The notes beneath the pieces were generated by a model. That model saw only the letters and a program-made list of their open reading frames with translations, searched no databases and was not told the origin of the DNA. The translations under genes were made by a program, and so were the position numbers. A stretch of 64,000 nucleotides of DNA. Source: a virus. Location: IMG/VR virus record IMGVR_UViG_3300049216_000067. One strand, 5' to 3'. Below are positions 29,336 to 40,805 of this stretch, one piece after another (position 1 is the stretch's first letter; each line of letters begins with the position of its first letter).

Positions 29336-31117
29336 TTAATTATGGGTAGGGTTCGCAGTATTTCCCGTTGTCAAGAACTGCTTTACAAACACACCGTATC
29401 CATCACAAGGTGTCGCATTGGTATCCTTAAGCAAATTGTTGTCTGGTTCACCAGTTACACAGAATGCCCAAGCTATTGTACCAATTTTATTTGCTTTTGC
29501 AAAAGTTGTGATTGCTGAAGCGAAAGGTGCTCCGACAGTATTGGCAGCATTATGATCACCATATTCAGTAATCATTACTGGATAACCAGCTGCTTTAATG
29601 TCAAGTACCCACTCGTAACAAGTTCCCTTAATACCAGTAGTTGGACTTACAGAATTGTTGGCACCGTAATTAGCAAGTGTGTAAGCCGGTGTTCCCCATG
29701 TAGTACCAAACGTTGGATATGCATGCCAATCAGCAAAAATGTTCTTAAGAGGATCTGTTGGAACATTAGTCAACCATGCTGAGTGATCTTGAGCATATGA
29801 ACGATCAGAAACAGAAATTGGACCGGTAAATCCTGCATTACGAGCAGCAGTAATCATGGTTTGAAACCCACAGACTTCCCAAGTTTCAGTGATAGTGAAA
29901 TCGGCACCGGCATCTGAATTGTTAGAGAACCTACCACAGGTTCCACCAAGCTTTTGAACAACACCGACATCAGATGGAACAACAGGACCAAAACTATCCA
30001 AGAAAGGCTCATTGAAACAGCCCAAAATCACATTAGTGAACTTACTGTAACGAGTTGCAATTTCGGCAAACGCTACAGGGCTGGTTGATGCATCAGAAAA
30101 TGAACCTTGACCTTGTGGTGCCAAATACGCACCATTAGGGTAATTAGGAATAGTCTTAAGGAAAGGAGCAGACCAATGTTGCTCGATGATAATGTAGAAA
30201 CCTGCCGCAGTGTAGGCCAAAACTGCTTGGTCTAGAACTGTTGGATAGATTCCAGCAGGATCAGCTGGCATAAGCTTTACGCCTTCACCATCGACACAAA
30301 CCAAACCTAACCAGCTTGCAGTGTTGTATGGAATACGAACGATGTTGACGCCCCATTCTTGTAACAATGCAACCGGTGGTAATCCTGGGAATCCAGAATC
30401 ACCCCAATAATTAGAACCATCCCAATCTTGAATTGCAGTATTTTCGAGACCTGATACGTTAACACCATTAGGGACAATTTCTGTTCCGTTTTGATCAACG
30501 AATGTATTACCACTCACCTTAATAAATTTCATACCGGTTGTTGGTGGAGTCAAAGGTGTAATAGTACGTACAGGAATTGAAGTACTTGCTACAAGTGTTG
30601 AATTAGAAGTATTTGCTACCGGAGTTGGTGCAGTGTTAGGAGTTGGAACTGGAGTAGGTGCTGGTGTGCCGGTAACTGTAAATTGACTGTTGTCGAATGC
30701 CCAGGTAATAGGAGATCCTACAGCAATGCCGCCTGTAACCGCACCAGATGGCACTGTAGCCACAATCTGAGAATCAGATACGATCTTAGTAGGTGCAAAT
30801 TGTAACCCGCCAATCTTAACCGCATTGGCTTGAGTGAAACCCGTTCCATTAATCGTAAATTGGGTTCCAATACCACCAGTTGTTGGAGCAAAACTGGTGA
30901 TAGATAGGGCATTAGCCACTGGAGTTGTGTTAGGTGTAGGTGTCGTATTTGCAACTGGGGTAGTGTTAGCTACAGGAGTTGTATTTCCTACAGGTGTCGT
31001 ATTTGCAACTGGCGTGTTTGACGCCGGTTGTGGACCTTGCAATATAATTACATTACCAGAATTTAAAGCAGCAAGATCTGCCGCACTGAGAGTGAGCGTT
31101 AATACTGAACCTGTCAT
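29336..31117 (-). CDS. GH5-family glycoside hydrolase with IPT/TIG domain and Pro/Thr linkers
   Basis: GVNVSGLE, IVRIPYN, FNEP (acid/base), DWHAY and ITEYG (nucleophile); SITSFAPTTG...FTINGTGF IPT motif; (PVANTT)n linker. Confidence 0.85.
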   Translation of the reverse strand: MTGSVLTLTLSAADLAALNSGNVIILQGPQPASNTPVANTTPVGNTTPVANTTPVANTTPTPNTTPVANALSITSFAPTTGGIGTQFTINGTGFTQANAVKIGGLQFAPTKIVSDSQIVATVPSGAVTGGIAVGSPITWAFDNSQFTVTGTPAPTPVPTPNTAPTPVANTSNSTLVASTSIPVRTITPLTPPTTGMKFIKVSGNTFVDQNGTEIVPNGVNVSGLENTAIQDWDGSNYWGDSGFPGLPPVALLQEWGVNIVRIPYNTASWLGLVCVDGEGVKLMPADPAGIYPTVLDQAVLAYTAAGFYIIIEQHWSAPFLKTIPNYPNGAYLAPQGQGSFSDASTSPVAFAEIATRYSKFTNVILGCFNEPFLDSFGPVVPSDVGVVQKLGGTCGRFSNNSDAGADFTITETWEVCGFQTMITAARNAGFTGPISVSDRSYAQDHSAWLTNVPTDPLKNIFADWHAYPTFGTTWGTPAYTLANYGANNSVSPTTGIKGTCYEWVLDIKAAGYPVMITEYGDHNAANTVGAPFASAITTFAKANKIGTIAWAFCVTGEPDNNLLKDTNATPCDGYGVFVKQFLTTGNTANPTHN

Positions 31118-31496
31118 TTATTATTCTCCTAAAGATTACCATTCGTTCATGTCGCACCTCAAGCAATATTCTTTGTTGCCGCGACCATGAATGCATACCG
31201 GATTATGTATCGTTGCATCAGATTCAGCGTTTTTCTTCGGTTTAATGAACCGAAAAATTGCAGCGATAATAAGTCCAGTGACGGTTATTACCCACGCTGC
31301 GGTGTCTAAAACTGAAGGTTCTGGTCCCATTAACATAATTGTTTCTCCCGTTTGGTAGATGACAATCAAATTATGCAACAATTTCTAACCAGAATCAAAT
31401 GGTATTTAGGCTCAAAGGGTAACCCTGTTTCCAAGGTCACCGATTGCCTGACTTTTTTTCGACCATAACGAATGCTCCTAATAGGATTGGTGTCAA

Positions 31497-31736
31497 TTAT
31501 GAACGTTTTTCAATGAGCTTACTAATAGCACTGGAAAGGAAACGTACCTGAGCATTGAATCGCACAGGTTCTACTAACAAGTTTCCAAGGTTGAATTGAT
31601 CCAGGTCTTCTTCTAGCACGTTAGTAAGAACAAACGTTCCTCTACGGGTGCCTGGTTCGATTTCAATGTTTTTAAGCTGAGCATCAAAAATCAACATTGT
31701 TGCGGCACAGACGATATCGCGAGTCTTGTAGTCCAT
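31497..31736 (-). CDS. Small hypothetical protein (DUF5659-like)
   Basis: YKTRDI.CAA.M pattern; CTAAATA at 31762-31768. Confidence 0.45.
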   Translation of the reverse strand: MDYKTRDIVCAATMLIFDAQLKNIEIEPGTRRGTFVLTNVLEEDLDQFNLGNLLVEPVRFNAQVRFLSSAISKLIEKRS

Positions 31737-31771
31737 TCATCACCATATGGGTTGTATGGTGTATTTAGACG

Positions 31772-32353
31772 TTATAAATCCCTCTTCGCTTTTTCTGCTT
31801 GTTCAGCATTAGCCTTCAAATTGTCAACACTATTGATAGTAATTGCTGATGTGGTTAAGTCAACGTACCTGGTTAAGGTCAAAACCTCTGTAGCCGTCTG
31901 ATACGTGCATTGCGTTTGTGTGAAATGAGCGTTCATAGCGTTACTAACATCACTGTCTACACACTTCGTAGCAGAATACTTTGTTAACAAAGCGTCCTTT
32001 ATTACATCAAACTTAGAAGGACTAAGAGTAATCAATACTCTATCTGCGATATTTTCCGTGTAATGAACAAATGGTTGTGTTGAATCAAACATGATTCCCG
32101 CACCACCAATAGTAAAGATCGGTGTTTCACCAGGCTTACAGTCATCAAAACAAGGCACCAAAGGTGGTAGCTGTTTGAATGTCTTTCTATCGAATGTTGG
32201 TGCATCAGTACGGTAATAACCGTTTTTGAATGTGTCAACTTCCTGCTGAGTCATTCCAAGGTGGAATCCCTTGATATCGATATGTTCATCAGCAAACGCC
32301 ACTGAAGACAATCCGATTAGGACCAGAGCCGTTGCAATAAGTGATTTGAACAT
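31772..32353 (-). CDS. Exported/periplasmic protein
   Basis: Signal peptide MFKSLIATALVLIGLSSVAFA-DE; AGGAG RBS; TATAAATA at 32391-32398. Confidence 0.7.
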   Translation of the reverse strand: MFKSLIATALVLIGLSSVAFADEHIDIKGFHLGMTQQEVDTFKNGYYRTDAPTFDRKTFKQLPPLVPCFDDCKPGETPIFTIGGAGIMFDSTQPFVHYTENIADRVLITLSPSKFDVIKDALLTKYSATKCVDSDVSNAMNAHFTQTQCTYQTATEVLTLTRYVDLTTSAITINSVDNLKANAEQAEKAKRDL

Positions 32354-32458
32354 GTGAATTCTCCTGTATGAAATATGGGTTATGAACACGTATTTATACT
32401 TCGTAACCTATCAGTCAATATCAATAATACGCGGTTTTTATTAATAGTTATAATTATA

Positions 32459-32671
32459 TTAATAAGACCGTCTGCCACCATTCGTCACGACGCCGCGAGT
32501 ACCTGTGTCCACTGACGTAATTGGATTCAAAAATAGAACCAGCACAACCAATCCAAGCACAATTGCAACATCACGAACCAAACGAAAAACATTCAAGGTC
32601 TGATTCGAAGATTCATTACCACGATAGTCCTTAGTTTTCACTTCATTGATATATCGACTAGCAAAACTCAT
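32459..32671 (-). pseudogene. Truncated SPFH/band-7 (prohibitin-like) gene
   Basis: TM helix followed by ITSVDTGTRGVVT (start of an SPFH domain), then an immediate stop. Confidence 0.55.
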
Positions 32672-33125
32672 AAAATTTCCTTTTAAAATTGACGAGAACT
32701 CAACCATTTACCGAAATCAAGCAATAGATTTTCCTGAGGAAAGAATATCACTTGAACAATCAAGACAATGCCAAAAATCACTGCTACACCGAAAAGAATA
32801 TCGAGTAGCCATATCAAAAAACCCGTAACATGTTTCATTAATTCGCTCCAAATTTAGCTAGAACATTGATCCACAAAATCCTGTTCAATAATCGCTTCAA
32901 TATCTGCCAAGGATTTGCGTAAAGATTTAAGTTTCTTTTCACGCAATTTCATGGATTGTGCGACAGCACTTTCCACAGTCGTGTGCCAATCTTTACCTTG
33001 CTTGTGCGCGTATTGCGGATAATCCGAACCATACTTGTAGATCAACATGTCAGAGCTAGTTGTAGACACTTCACCATCAACTACTAGGATGCCAGTGGTT
33101 AATGCATATTTTGTGACATAGGCTT

Positions 33126-33881
33126 TCATAGTTTCTGAACCTCACCTTCTACGATGTAAGTGGCACCCTGATAGATCAATGATGCGCCACCAAACAACAA
33201 ATTATTGTCGTAATCGTAGGCATAATAACCATTCGCGGTCTTACCGTTAAGAATGGCGCTGCTACCAGTGCAATTATTGAATGTAAACGTGACTGCATAG
33301 ACGTTGACGGCAGAGTTAGGAACCACGACAGTTCCACTGATGACGCAGCCCGTAGTGCTGTCTTGAGCATCAATAGTCCCATCAACGTTGATGTTCAATA
33401 CCGTACCATCTTCGGTCTGGTACTGGCCAGCAATCTTCGTAAGGCTGGCAGTCTCCTGTGATGTCGAAGGATCGTAAACCCATTCGATATCACCACCGTC
33501 AGACGTATTGAAATCCAATTCTTGTCCGACGATAACATCACCACCAATAGTCAGATTCGTGTTTCCCGTACAAGCAAAGTTGTCGGCAAGCTGATCTTCG
33601 ACACTGACTTCGGCACCACTGATCGTAAAGTTATCACTGGCTACCGTAATAGAGCCGGTTTGTAACATAATACATTGTGGGACAGAAGTCTCAGAATAGA
33701 AAAATCCGTTCGGTGCCAAAAGCAGCTTACCGCTTTCCCCCGTAGAAGGATTTTCGTAGGTGTAGTAACCAGCGGGGCCGGTATAAGTCTGAACAACGGG
33801 AGGTGGGTTCTTAACAACCTGAACGGACCCACCACAGGCCGCGAGAACCAAACAACCGATCATAACGAATAAATTTTTCAT
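33126..33881 (-). CDS. Lipoprotein
   Basis: Lipobox LAAC-GG after a hydrophobic leader; beta-rich body with Cys pairs. Confidence 0.8.
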   Translation of the reverse strand: MKNLFVMIGCLVLAACGGSVQVVKNPPPVVQTYTGPAGYYTYENPSTGESGKLLLAPNGFFYSETSVPQCIMLQTGSITVASDNFTISGAEVSVEDQLADNFACTGNTNLTIGGDVIVGQELDFNTSDGGDIEWVYDPSTSQETASLTKIAGQYQTEDGTVLNINVDGTIDAQDSTTGCVISGTVVVPNSAVNVYAVTFTFNNCTGSSAILNGKTANGYYAYDYDNNLLFGGASLIYQGATYIVEGEVQKL

Positions 33882-34126
33882 GTTACCTCCAGTAGTATTA
33901 AAGGAATCCTATTAATACTACAGCTTCATGATCTTGTCAACAACTCTTTCATTTTCGATCACTAAAATCGCTCTTATCAAGTCTGGAATTGCATTATGTT
34001 TATAAGCAAAGTGATTCAAATATTCTTGCACCGTACCAGGATAGAGTTTTTTGAAATCGGCCTGACGACCCAGATCAGAATTGATCCAGGTTATCAAACG
34101 TTTCGATGCTTCCTCGTAATGAGCCA

Positions 34127-35185
34127 TTACATGCGATCCAAATAATTGTATGTTACAGGCTTTGCTTTAGTGAGCGTTATTACCGCTCCGCTTTTCTCGA
34201 AGATATATCGTTGGCCACCTTGTTCGATTGATTTCAAATCGTTTGGTGTGACCTCGATAAACTGCTCAATAACATCTCCATCTTCATCTTTTCCTATTGG
34301 AAAGTCTACAACAAAATGTTTAGAAAGAGGGTTAGTTAAAACAGAATTGTTATATGAGTCTAAATTAATACGTATACCGTTTACACTAAGAGTAATTTCA
34401 TAATTGACTTGTGAAGCAAACTCCGCTTTGACGTTTAGCAATCTAATTACATCAACAACAGATTCACCGTATCGATTCATTTCCTCGACAACTGCCTTCA
34501 ACATGTCGAAATTGAATTTATCAAACGTGTGAGCCACTTGAACGACTCTATCAATTTCAGACTGGTTTTTCAAATTATCTTGGCAGAACTCACGAATAAA
34601 CTGCTCGTCTATACCATCATAATCGATGATGTAGTAAATGCGTCCCGGCCTGTTCTTCATGTGCTGATCAATAGACCACTTGTTGTTAACCGTAAGCACA
34701 AACAACTTTTTAGAAGGAAACACACCGTCGAGAAGAGTCAACAACTGTTGTTGTTCCTCAGCATTGTAGACCTTGTCGTATTCATCAAGCAAAATTATGC
34801 AAGGTTGATCGATCAATTGCATAAAACTGTTGAATGCATCTCCACAAAAAGCGGAGTTAATGGTAAGAGTTGGGATGCCTATTTTTGCACCCTCAATGGC
34901 AATATTTTTTGCCAAAAGACTTTTTCCTGAACCTTTCTCACCACATAGCAAAATACCAGTGCTACCTTTACGGTCTTTAAAAGTGCTTATGATACGATTG
35001 GTGTTCTTCGACACATCACCGTAAATTTTTGGTGGCATCACAAAATCTTCTATTTGATCTAGATAGAAACCAACACCAGGGGCTACCTTGATTGTGTAAT
35101 TTCCAGCAGGAAGATTTTCATAAAGATCCATCTGCTCTTTAGAAGAGACCTTAAAAGTTGTTCCTGATTTAAGAAAGTAAGCCAT
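34127..35185 (-). CDS. AAA+ ATPase
   Basis: GEKGSGKS, ILLDEYDK, LLTLLDG and NRPGRI. Confidence 0.9.
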   Translation of the reverse strand: MAYFLKSGTTFKVSSKEQMDLYENLPAGNYTIKVAPGVGFYLDQIEDFVMPPKIYGDVSKNTNRIISTFKDRKGSTGILLCGEKGSGKSLLAKNIAIEGAKIGIPTLTINSAFCGDAFNSFMQLIDQPCIILLDEYDKVYNAEEQQQLLTLLDGVFPSKKLFVLTVNNKWSIDQHMKNRPGRIYYIIDYDGIDEQFIREFCQDNLKNQSEIDRVVQVAHTFDKFNFDMLKAVVEEMNRYGESVVDVIRLLNVKAEFASQVNYEITLSVNGIRINLDSYNNSVLTNPLSKHFVVDFPIGKDEDGDVIEQFIEVTPNDLKSIEQGGQRYIFEKSGAVITLTKAKPVTYNYLDRM

Positions 35186-35195
35186 TATTTTTCCT

Positions 35196-35882
35196 TTATG
35201 CGATTGGATCGGTTATTACAAGTTCAAATTCGTCATCAACAGGACGCAACATGATATTAGAACTGCCTAAATCATTGCAGAAACCCCTGTTCTTTTGCAA
35301 AAGACGCGAAATACTTTTACAAGCCTCACGTAATTCCAAGTTGTTAATCACAGTGTCTATTTTGTCAGTACGAATTGCTTCTCGAAGATAGGTAACTATT
35401 TGATGGATAATTTCCCAAGATGTCAACGACTGTGTATCCGTGACCTGTACACCCCAAGGTTCAGGCATCTTGAAATTAATAAATGAATCATGTGCTATGG
35501 CTGTTAACTGTTGGATGGACGCATCTCTCATTTCGACAAGCCTTTCCATAACGACACCGTAAACAATGACAGGTTGGTTTGTTTTATACCTGATAAAATT
35601 TTCAACTTTAGGAAAAAATCGGTTATTTTTCATCGTCACCACCATTTCTAGAAACGTATGATAACCGTCTCGGTCTAAACTTGGAGACTGACAAATCTTT
35701 AACACTTTATCACTGTCACCGATTTGGTAAACAGAACCATAAGAACCAGAGGCAATTTTTTGAGAACAACCGTTTGCATTCACTAAAGTTTTAATAAAAT
35801 CGTGGCAATCCTGATTGACCGGCAACGGATGATGATAGTAATCAAACTGATCACTGTTTCTTAGGTCAAGTGCAGCATTCAT
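35196..35882 (-). CDS. Protein kinase-like enzyme (T7 gp0.7-type)
   Basis: IASGSYGSVY, VLKI, VMERL, DLGSSNIM and VITDP. Confidence 0.75.
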   Translation of the reverse strand: MNAALDLRNSDQFDYYHHPLPVNQDCHDFIKTLVNANGCSQKIASGSYGSVYQIGDSDKVLKICQSPSLDRDGYHTFLEMVVTMKNNRFFPKVENFIRYKTNQPVIVYGVVMERLVEMRDASIQQLTAIAHDSFINFKMPEPWGVQVTDTQSLTSWEIIHQIVTYLREAIRTDKIDTVINNLELREACKSISRLLQKNRGFCNDLGSSNIMLRPVDDEFELVITDPIA

Positions 35883-36661
35883 TCGTGGTCTCCTATTAGA
35901 ATGATTCTATTATACGTTGCTTTTAATAATTAGCAACTACTTTTGTGGCCAAAGAACATCGCGAATCTTGTTGCGAAGTTCCCAGGTGGCACGCTCTTGT
36001 GCCACATACTCTGTGTGATCCGAAATATTGCGACCAACCGACAGAACGCCTTGAATCATCTTCAAAGCCGTCTCAATGTCCTCCAATTCGTCCACACGAA
36101 CGTCATGTTTTAGGACAATGGTCAACGAATGTACTCTATCAGTCACGATGTTCTCCTTTCGGGATGTCGATTGGTTTGACGTTGGCAGGAAGCCATAGGT
36201 TGATTTCAGCAGCGCATCTCACACAGTAATAGGCATTTTCGACATCTGAATAGCAAACGGCAGGGCGATTATTACACGCCCTTCTGTTGCATTTTCCGTG
36301 TGGTTTACCCTGATCTTCCATCACAGATCACCCCCTGTTTTCGTGATCCTGAACGAGACTCAACAGGCTGTCAAGCATCTGAAACTTCTCTGTTTCGAAG
36401 TATGACCAGAAATCGGCATCGTCTTCTTCGTTGAGCCTAGCTGCCCAGTACCTGGCACCATCGAGTGTGAAATCGTCGCCTACTGCCTCGTGGGTGTATC
36501 GATGGAACACTGTGTAATGCGTCACAGTTTCAGGCTTTAGCTTGGCGTTGCTCGCAGAACCCATATATGTTAACTCCTTGGTAAATCGGTGTAGGTAATT
36601 TCCTACACCGAGGATCATACCACAAGTTTCATGTCTGTACGGTAACCCACACAAAAAGATT

Positions 36662-36976
36662 TTACCAAAAATATGTGCTGTCCTGTATAATGCTCAAAGG
36701 TGTCTGAACGTCGGAACTTTCGCCATTATCGTCATTACCAATAATGATTGCTCTGCCAGCAAAGGGTTGTAGCCCACCGGCAAACTCAAACATCGGGATG
36801 TCTGACTTAAACAGGCCCTCTTCATCGACGTACATCACATCATCACCAACGAGTACTGGTGCGTAAACGCTCTCGATCAGATCGCAGCCAATGGCAGAGT
36901 ATAGGGAGCCAAGGTCGCCCGTTATGTCAATTTCGCGGACTTCCTTGACATTCGTATCAATAAGTATAGCTTTCAT
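36662..36976 (-). CDS. DUF3846-like protein
   Basis: LYSAIGCDLIE...MYVDEEGL...FAGRAII. Confidence 0.7.
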   Translation of the reverse strand: MKAILIDTNVKEVREIDITGDLGSLYSAIGCDLIESVYAPVLVGDDVMYVDEEGLFKSDIPMFEFAGGLQPFAGRAIIIGNDDNGESSDVQTPLSIIQDSTYFW

Positions 36977-36986
36977 GGTTTAAGTT

Positions 36987-37607
36987 TCAACCGATTCTGT
37001 AATTTTCACGGATCGCATTGATTTCCTCTTCAAGATCCTTATCGAGATCTTTAAGAAAATCCCTTTTCCTTTCTTTATAAAGAGTTCGAAGTTGTTCGAT
37101 TTCTTGCTTCATAAGCTTTTCGGAAAGTTCGATTTCTTGCTTCATATTCTTAATGTGGCGACGAATTTCTTTGATGACCTGATTCACAGAACGACTGTCT
37201 GGATTGCCAAAAATCTCATCAGCACCGTCGCCAAAAAAATCATAAGTTTGAACATCGTTCATGAAGCCACCACGACCGGCTTCCACTGGGCCAATTACCT
37301 CATCCAATTCTTTGAGTGTTTTGGGTACATTATCCTCTTCCAAAAGACTGGGTGCGTATGTCTCGATCAAGTTTTCGAGTTTGACTGGCTTCAAAATGAA
37401 ACCTCGTTTGTTGAACCAGGGATCAAGACCACAATGACCGGCAGCACAGCACACAGTACCGCATTCGGTCTCAACACCCCAATGACGCATATTCCAGTGT
37501 TTGGCGCGTTCGTGTTTCGGAAGACTGGTCAACACACGTTCGGCATTGACCCAACGTTCAATTTTTTCTTTGGGTGTGCATTCATCCCATTCTTTCATTT
37601 TAGACAT
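36987..37607 (-). CDS. Hypothetical phage protein
   Basis: CGTVCCAAGH motif; coiled-coil tail with duplicated MKQEIE. Confidence 0.65.
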   Translation of the reverse strand: MSKMKEWDECTPKEKIERWVNAERVLTSLPKHERAKHWNMRHWGVETECGTVCCAAGHCGLDPWFNKRGFILKPVKLENLIETYAPSLLEEDNVPKTLKELDEVIGPVEAGRGGFMNDVQTYDFFGDGADEIFGNPDSRSVNQVIKEIRRHIKNMKQEIELSEKLMKQEIEQLRTLYKERKRDFLKDLDKDLEEEINAIRENYRIG

Positions 37608-37812
37608 AATATAATCTCCTTAAATTTGAAAAGCTAGTTTGAAAAAACCGTAGCCAGCTGCACCAAAACAAAATAAAGCTGCTAAAACCATGGGAAGATC
37701 CCAAATGTTTTCGTAACCTTTGCCTGAAGTGCAAATAGAACGGTTCCGAGTATAACTAAGCCGAATAGTGCTTCAATGTACATACAATCTCCTATGTTTC
37801 CCGATTAGGGTA

Positions 37813-37841
37813 ATCTTAATAGTTCAGAATTTAGATGTCAA
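37813..37841 (-). promoter_or_regulatory. sigma70-type early promoter
   Basis: TTGACA-N17-TAAGAT; similar sites near 28379-28407 (TTGACT-N17-TAGGAT) and 42592-42620. Confidence 0.7.
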
Positions 37842-38451
37842 CTATTTCTTCTTAACCACAAAGACCCGAAGAAGATTGCTAATTATGTTATCCAGACATA
37901 TTGCAACAATGACGATAATCCAGAAAGTCAAAAGGGACTATTGATACACCATTCTTTCATGTTCTGTACACCTTACCTGTTCCGTGACAGTGACCACACG
38001 TTACGGTGTCGTCACCAATTTCTTGAATGTCTCTTCGAAAGCGAATATCGGATTTCAAGTCTTTCTGTGCTTGGCGAAACCACGCAACTTTATCTTGTTC
38101 GGTTTTGAACGTCTTTGAGACCGGCTTTCCGTCAAGACGACCATCAAACAAAAATTGAAAATAGGCAGTAATCATCGTTCTTCCACGACTGTCGTAATTG
38201 GTTCTGGAACCGGCAATAAAAGGGAATCTAACATCTTCCTAGCTTCTTCCAATGTGTCGAAAGAATTTGGAATGAATCCAGGAAATGCAACAGTCAACCA
38301 AATGTTTTCTTCGCAAGCATAGTGGCTTGTCCATTCCTCGATCCAATACTTGACCTTGCCGCTAGGCCATTCTTCTTTCACAATCCGGTATTTTGGACGA
38401 TCAGGCTCATCTTTCTTAGATGGCCTTCCCCAATGTGTAAAGAAGCCCATT

Positions 38452-38652
38452 TTACTTTTTCTTAGCCAGTGTGTAATAAGCGTAACGAACACCAGCGTCA
38501 TCGAACTTGGTTTCAGAATTGATCTGAATGCCACGGTTCTTCAAATCATTGATGCGAGCCGCACAACGACGAATACCGTAGTTACTGGCAATGACTTGGG
38601 TCATGTAGCCATGGTTGCGAAGGTGATTATAAACTTGTTCTGTCTGAGTCAT
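38452..38652 (-). CDS. Winged helix-turn-helix protein (HTH_39-like)
   Basis: TQ...V..HL...YGIRRCAARINDLKNRG. Confidence 0.7.
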   Translation of the reverse strand: MTQTEQVYNHLRNHGYMTQVIASNYGIRRCAARINDLKNRGIQINSETKFDDAGVRYAYYTLAKKK

Positions 38653-38713
38653 CTCAATCTCCATTAAGTGTAGTGAAGGTATTATTAAAACATTCTAATT
38701 CTTAAAAATCAAG

Positions 38714-39124
38714 TTAATCTTTCCATTGTGGGACAAACGGTGGCGGTTCTACGTATTCTCGGGTCGCGTAGTATCCAAGAATCAAATCTTTGGCAGTCAT
38801 ATTACGAGGCTTATGACTGAGCATCATAATCAAATCTTTAGGAGCATGTTTTGTGTTCCATGCGGATCGCCCGTGATTACATTGGGCACATGCAGCGACG
38901 TATCTCTTTTCACTGTTATGGTTTTCATCCCATCGAGAAGGATTTAGACGATCAATCAGATGTTCTAACGTACATAACAAATTTGGCTGTTTCTTACCTG
39001 TAACATCTAATGGACCGCGAATCATGGGTCGTTTACAGTAATAACAAAGTCCACCTTGTTCATCAAATCTTCTATTTCGTACAGGCTTCAAATCTTTATA
39101 GCCCCCGTATACAGTAGAAGACAT
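38714..39124 (-). CDS. HNH endonuclease
   Basis: QGGLCYYC, TLEHL and VAACAQCN. Confidence 0.8.
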   Translation of the reverse strand: MSSTVYGGYKDLKPVRNRRFDEQGGLCYYCKRPMIRGPLDVTGKKQPNLLCTLEHLIDRLNPSRWDENHNSEKRYVAACAQCNHGRSAWNTKHAPKDLIMMLSHKPRNMTAKDLILGYYATREYVEPPPFVPQWKD

Positions 39125-40805
39125 AGTTATCCTTCTGACATTTTTAATAAAGCGTTTAAGACTTCAGCCAATTCAGAACTCGGTTCATTTCCTTTGATAG
39201 AATCGACTTTGGCCTGGAGAACTTTATTTTCGTCAATAACTCTATAATATTCCTTCTCCAATTTTATGAAATCTAGCTCCACAGTTTCTAATTTCCCTTT
39301 GAGGGATCTATTTTCTAGTTTCAGACAATCGAGTTCAATCTTATCCTTTCCGAATATCATTGTCTGCCTCCTGGCGCTTCTCTAGAAGTTCTGCAAGCGC
39401 CTTGGCCACATCCTTATCCCATAGGGATGCGCTGCCCTCACTGGCCTTTAGCTTGGCAGTAGCTGCCATCCAATCAAGTCTCTCACTCGAAATCATTTAG
39501 GTCCTCAAACAACGGCTCGCCGTCAATTTCTTTAATTACACCAGATTTTAACACAGTAACTGTGTGGCACTGACAATGATGCTCCAGTGCAATATCCCAA
39601 TGGGCATAAACGTAAGCAGACCATTCGTGGTGAAATCCACACTTTGGACAAATGTGGCCAGTTCTAACTTCATTGACATGTACGCCACCGCTAGGTAGCC
39701 ATTTCCCTGAGATACAAGTGATGTATTTCATTACGACCCAAAAGTCTGTCTCGCTCCGTGAACCATTGTTCGGCAGTGATAGTGGCTTCAACTTCATCGG
39801 CCCTGCGTAAATGTTCTTCGAGCATGGCAACACGAATTTCAAGGAGTGCCTTATCTTCAGCAAGTCTTAAGAATGCCGCTGCTCTTCGTTGATCAATAGT
39901 GCTCATAATTTTCCTCATCAGGTGAATAAAGCATATCGAACCACCAGTCAAAAAACTTTATGAAAAGCCAGAGCGTGCATGCGCTATCTACGGCAAGACA
40001 TGTGAGTGTGATGATCATTGTGGGCCGCTCGTATCTTTGAGTAATAAGAGAATCAAAAGGACCAACGCAAAGAAAAACAGAAACCAGTTCATAGGCGAAA
40101 GAAGTCTAGGAACAATACTGTAATCAATCCTATTAAGAATACTGGAAGAAGGATAAACATTTGTAAGAATGTCTTCGGTGTAAAACCGAAAGTGTACAAA
40201 TATAAAACGCTTATTGCTGTCCAACCGAGAAGTAAAAACCAGATCATTTAATTTCTCCTTACCAGTAAATAGCAACAACGTGGATCAGCACAACAAACAT
40301 TAATACAAGAAACCCGACTAGACAGGTTTTAAGTATATTAACCAAAAAATTATCGTAGCTAAATTTCATTTTATTCCTTTCCTGTCACGAAAAATTTACC
40401 CAACATATAAAATGGGCCGAAGATAATCATTAAAGCAAAACCAATAATAAACGCTGGTACGGCACCTATTCCGACTAGTGTGTAGAAAAAGAACTTAATA
40501 ACTTTCTTAAGAGGAATGATCAAATCATCTTCATCAAAGATGATGTAAGAAATGCATCCCACAATTGTTATAAAAGCAAGCATAGCAATTATGAAAAGTG
40601 ATGTGTCAGTTATTGCGTTTATAATCTATTTCTCGTGTTCATGGTTACTAGCATCATAATGTCCAGCGTCATAACCAGACTCATAGCCATCGGCACGACC
40701 GGATTCATAACCCGCATCCCATACCTGTTTCCAATTGGCATCGACGCGAGCACCCGGACCAAAACCAATCGATGCAAGAAATTCTTCAAAGGTCATAATA
40801 ATTAC

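Noticed and set aside
34127-35185. AAA+ ATPase as the phage-encoded sigma54 activator
   Set aside because: No GAFTGA loop or C-terminal Fis-type HTH; motifs fit a classical AAA clade
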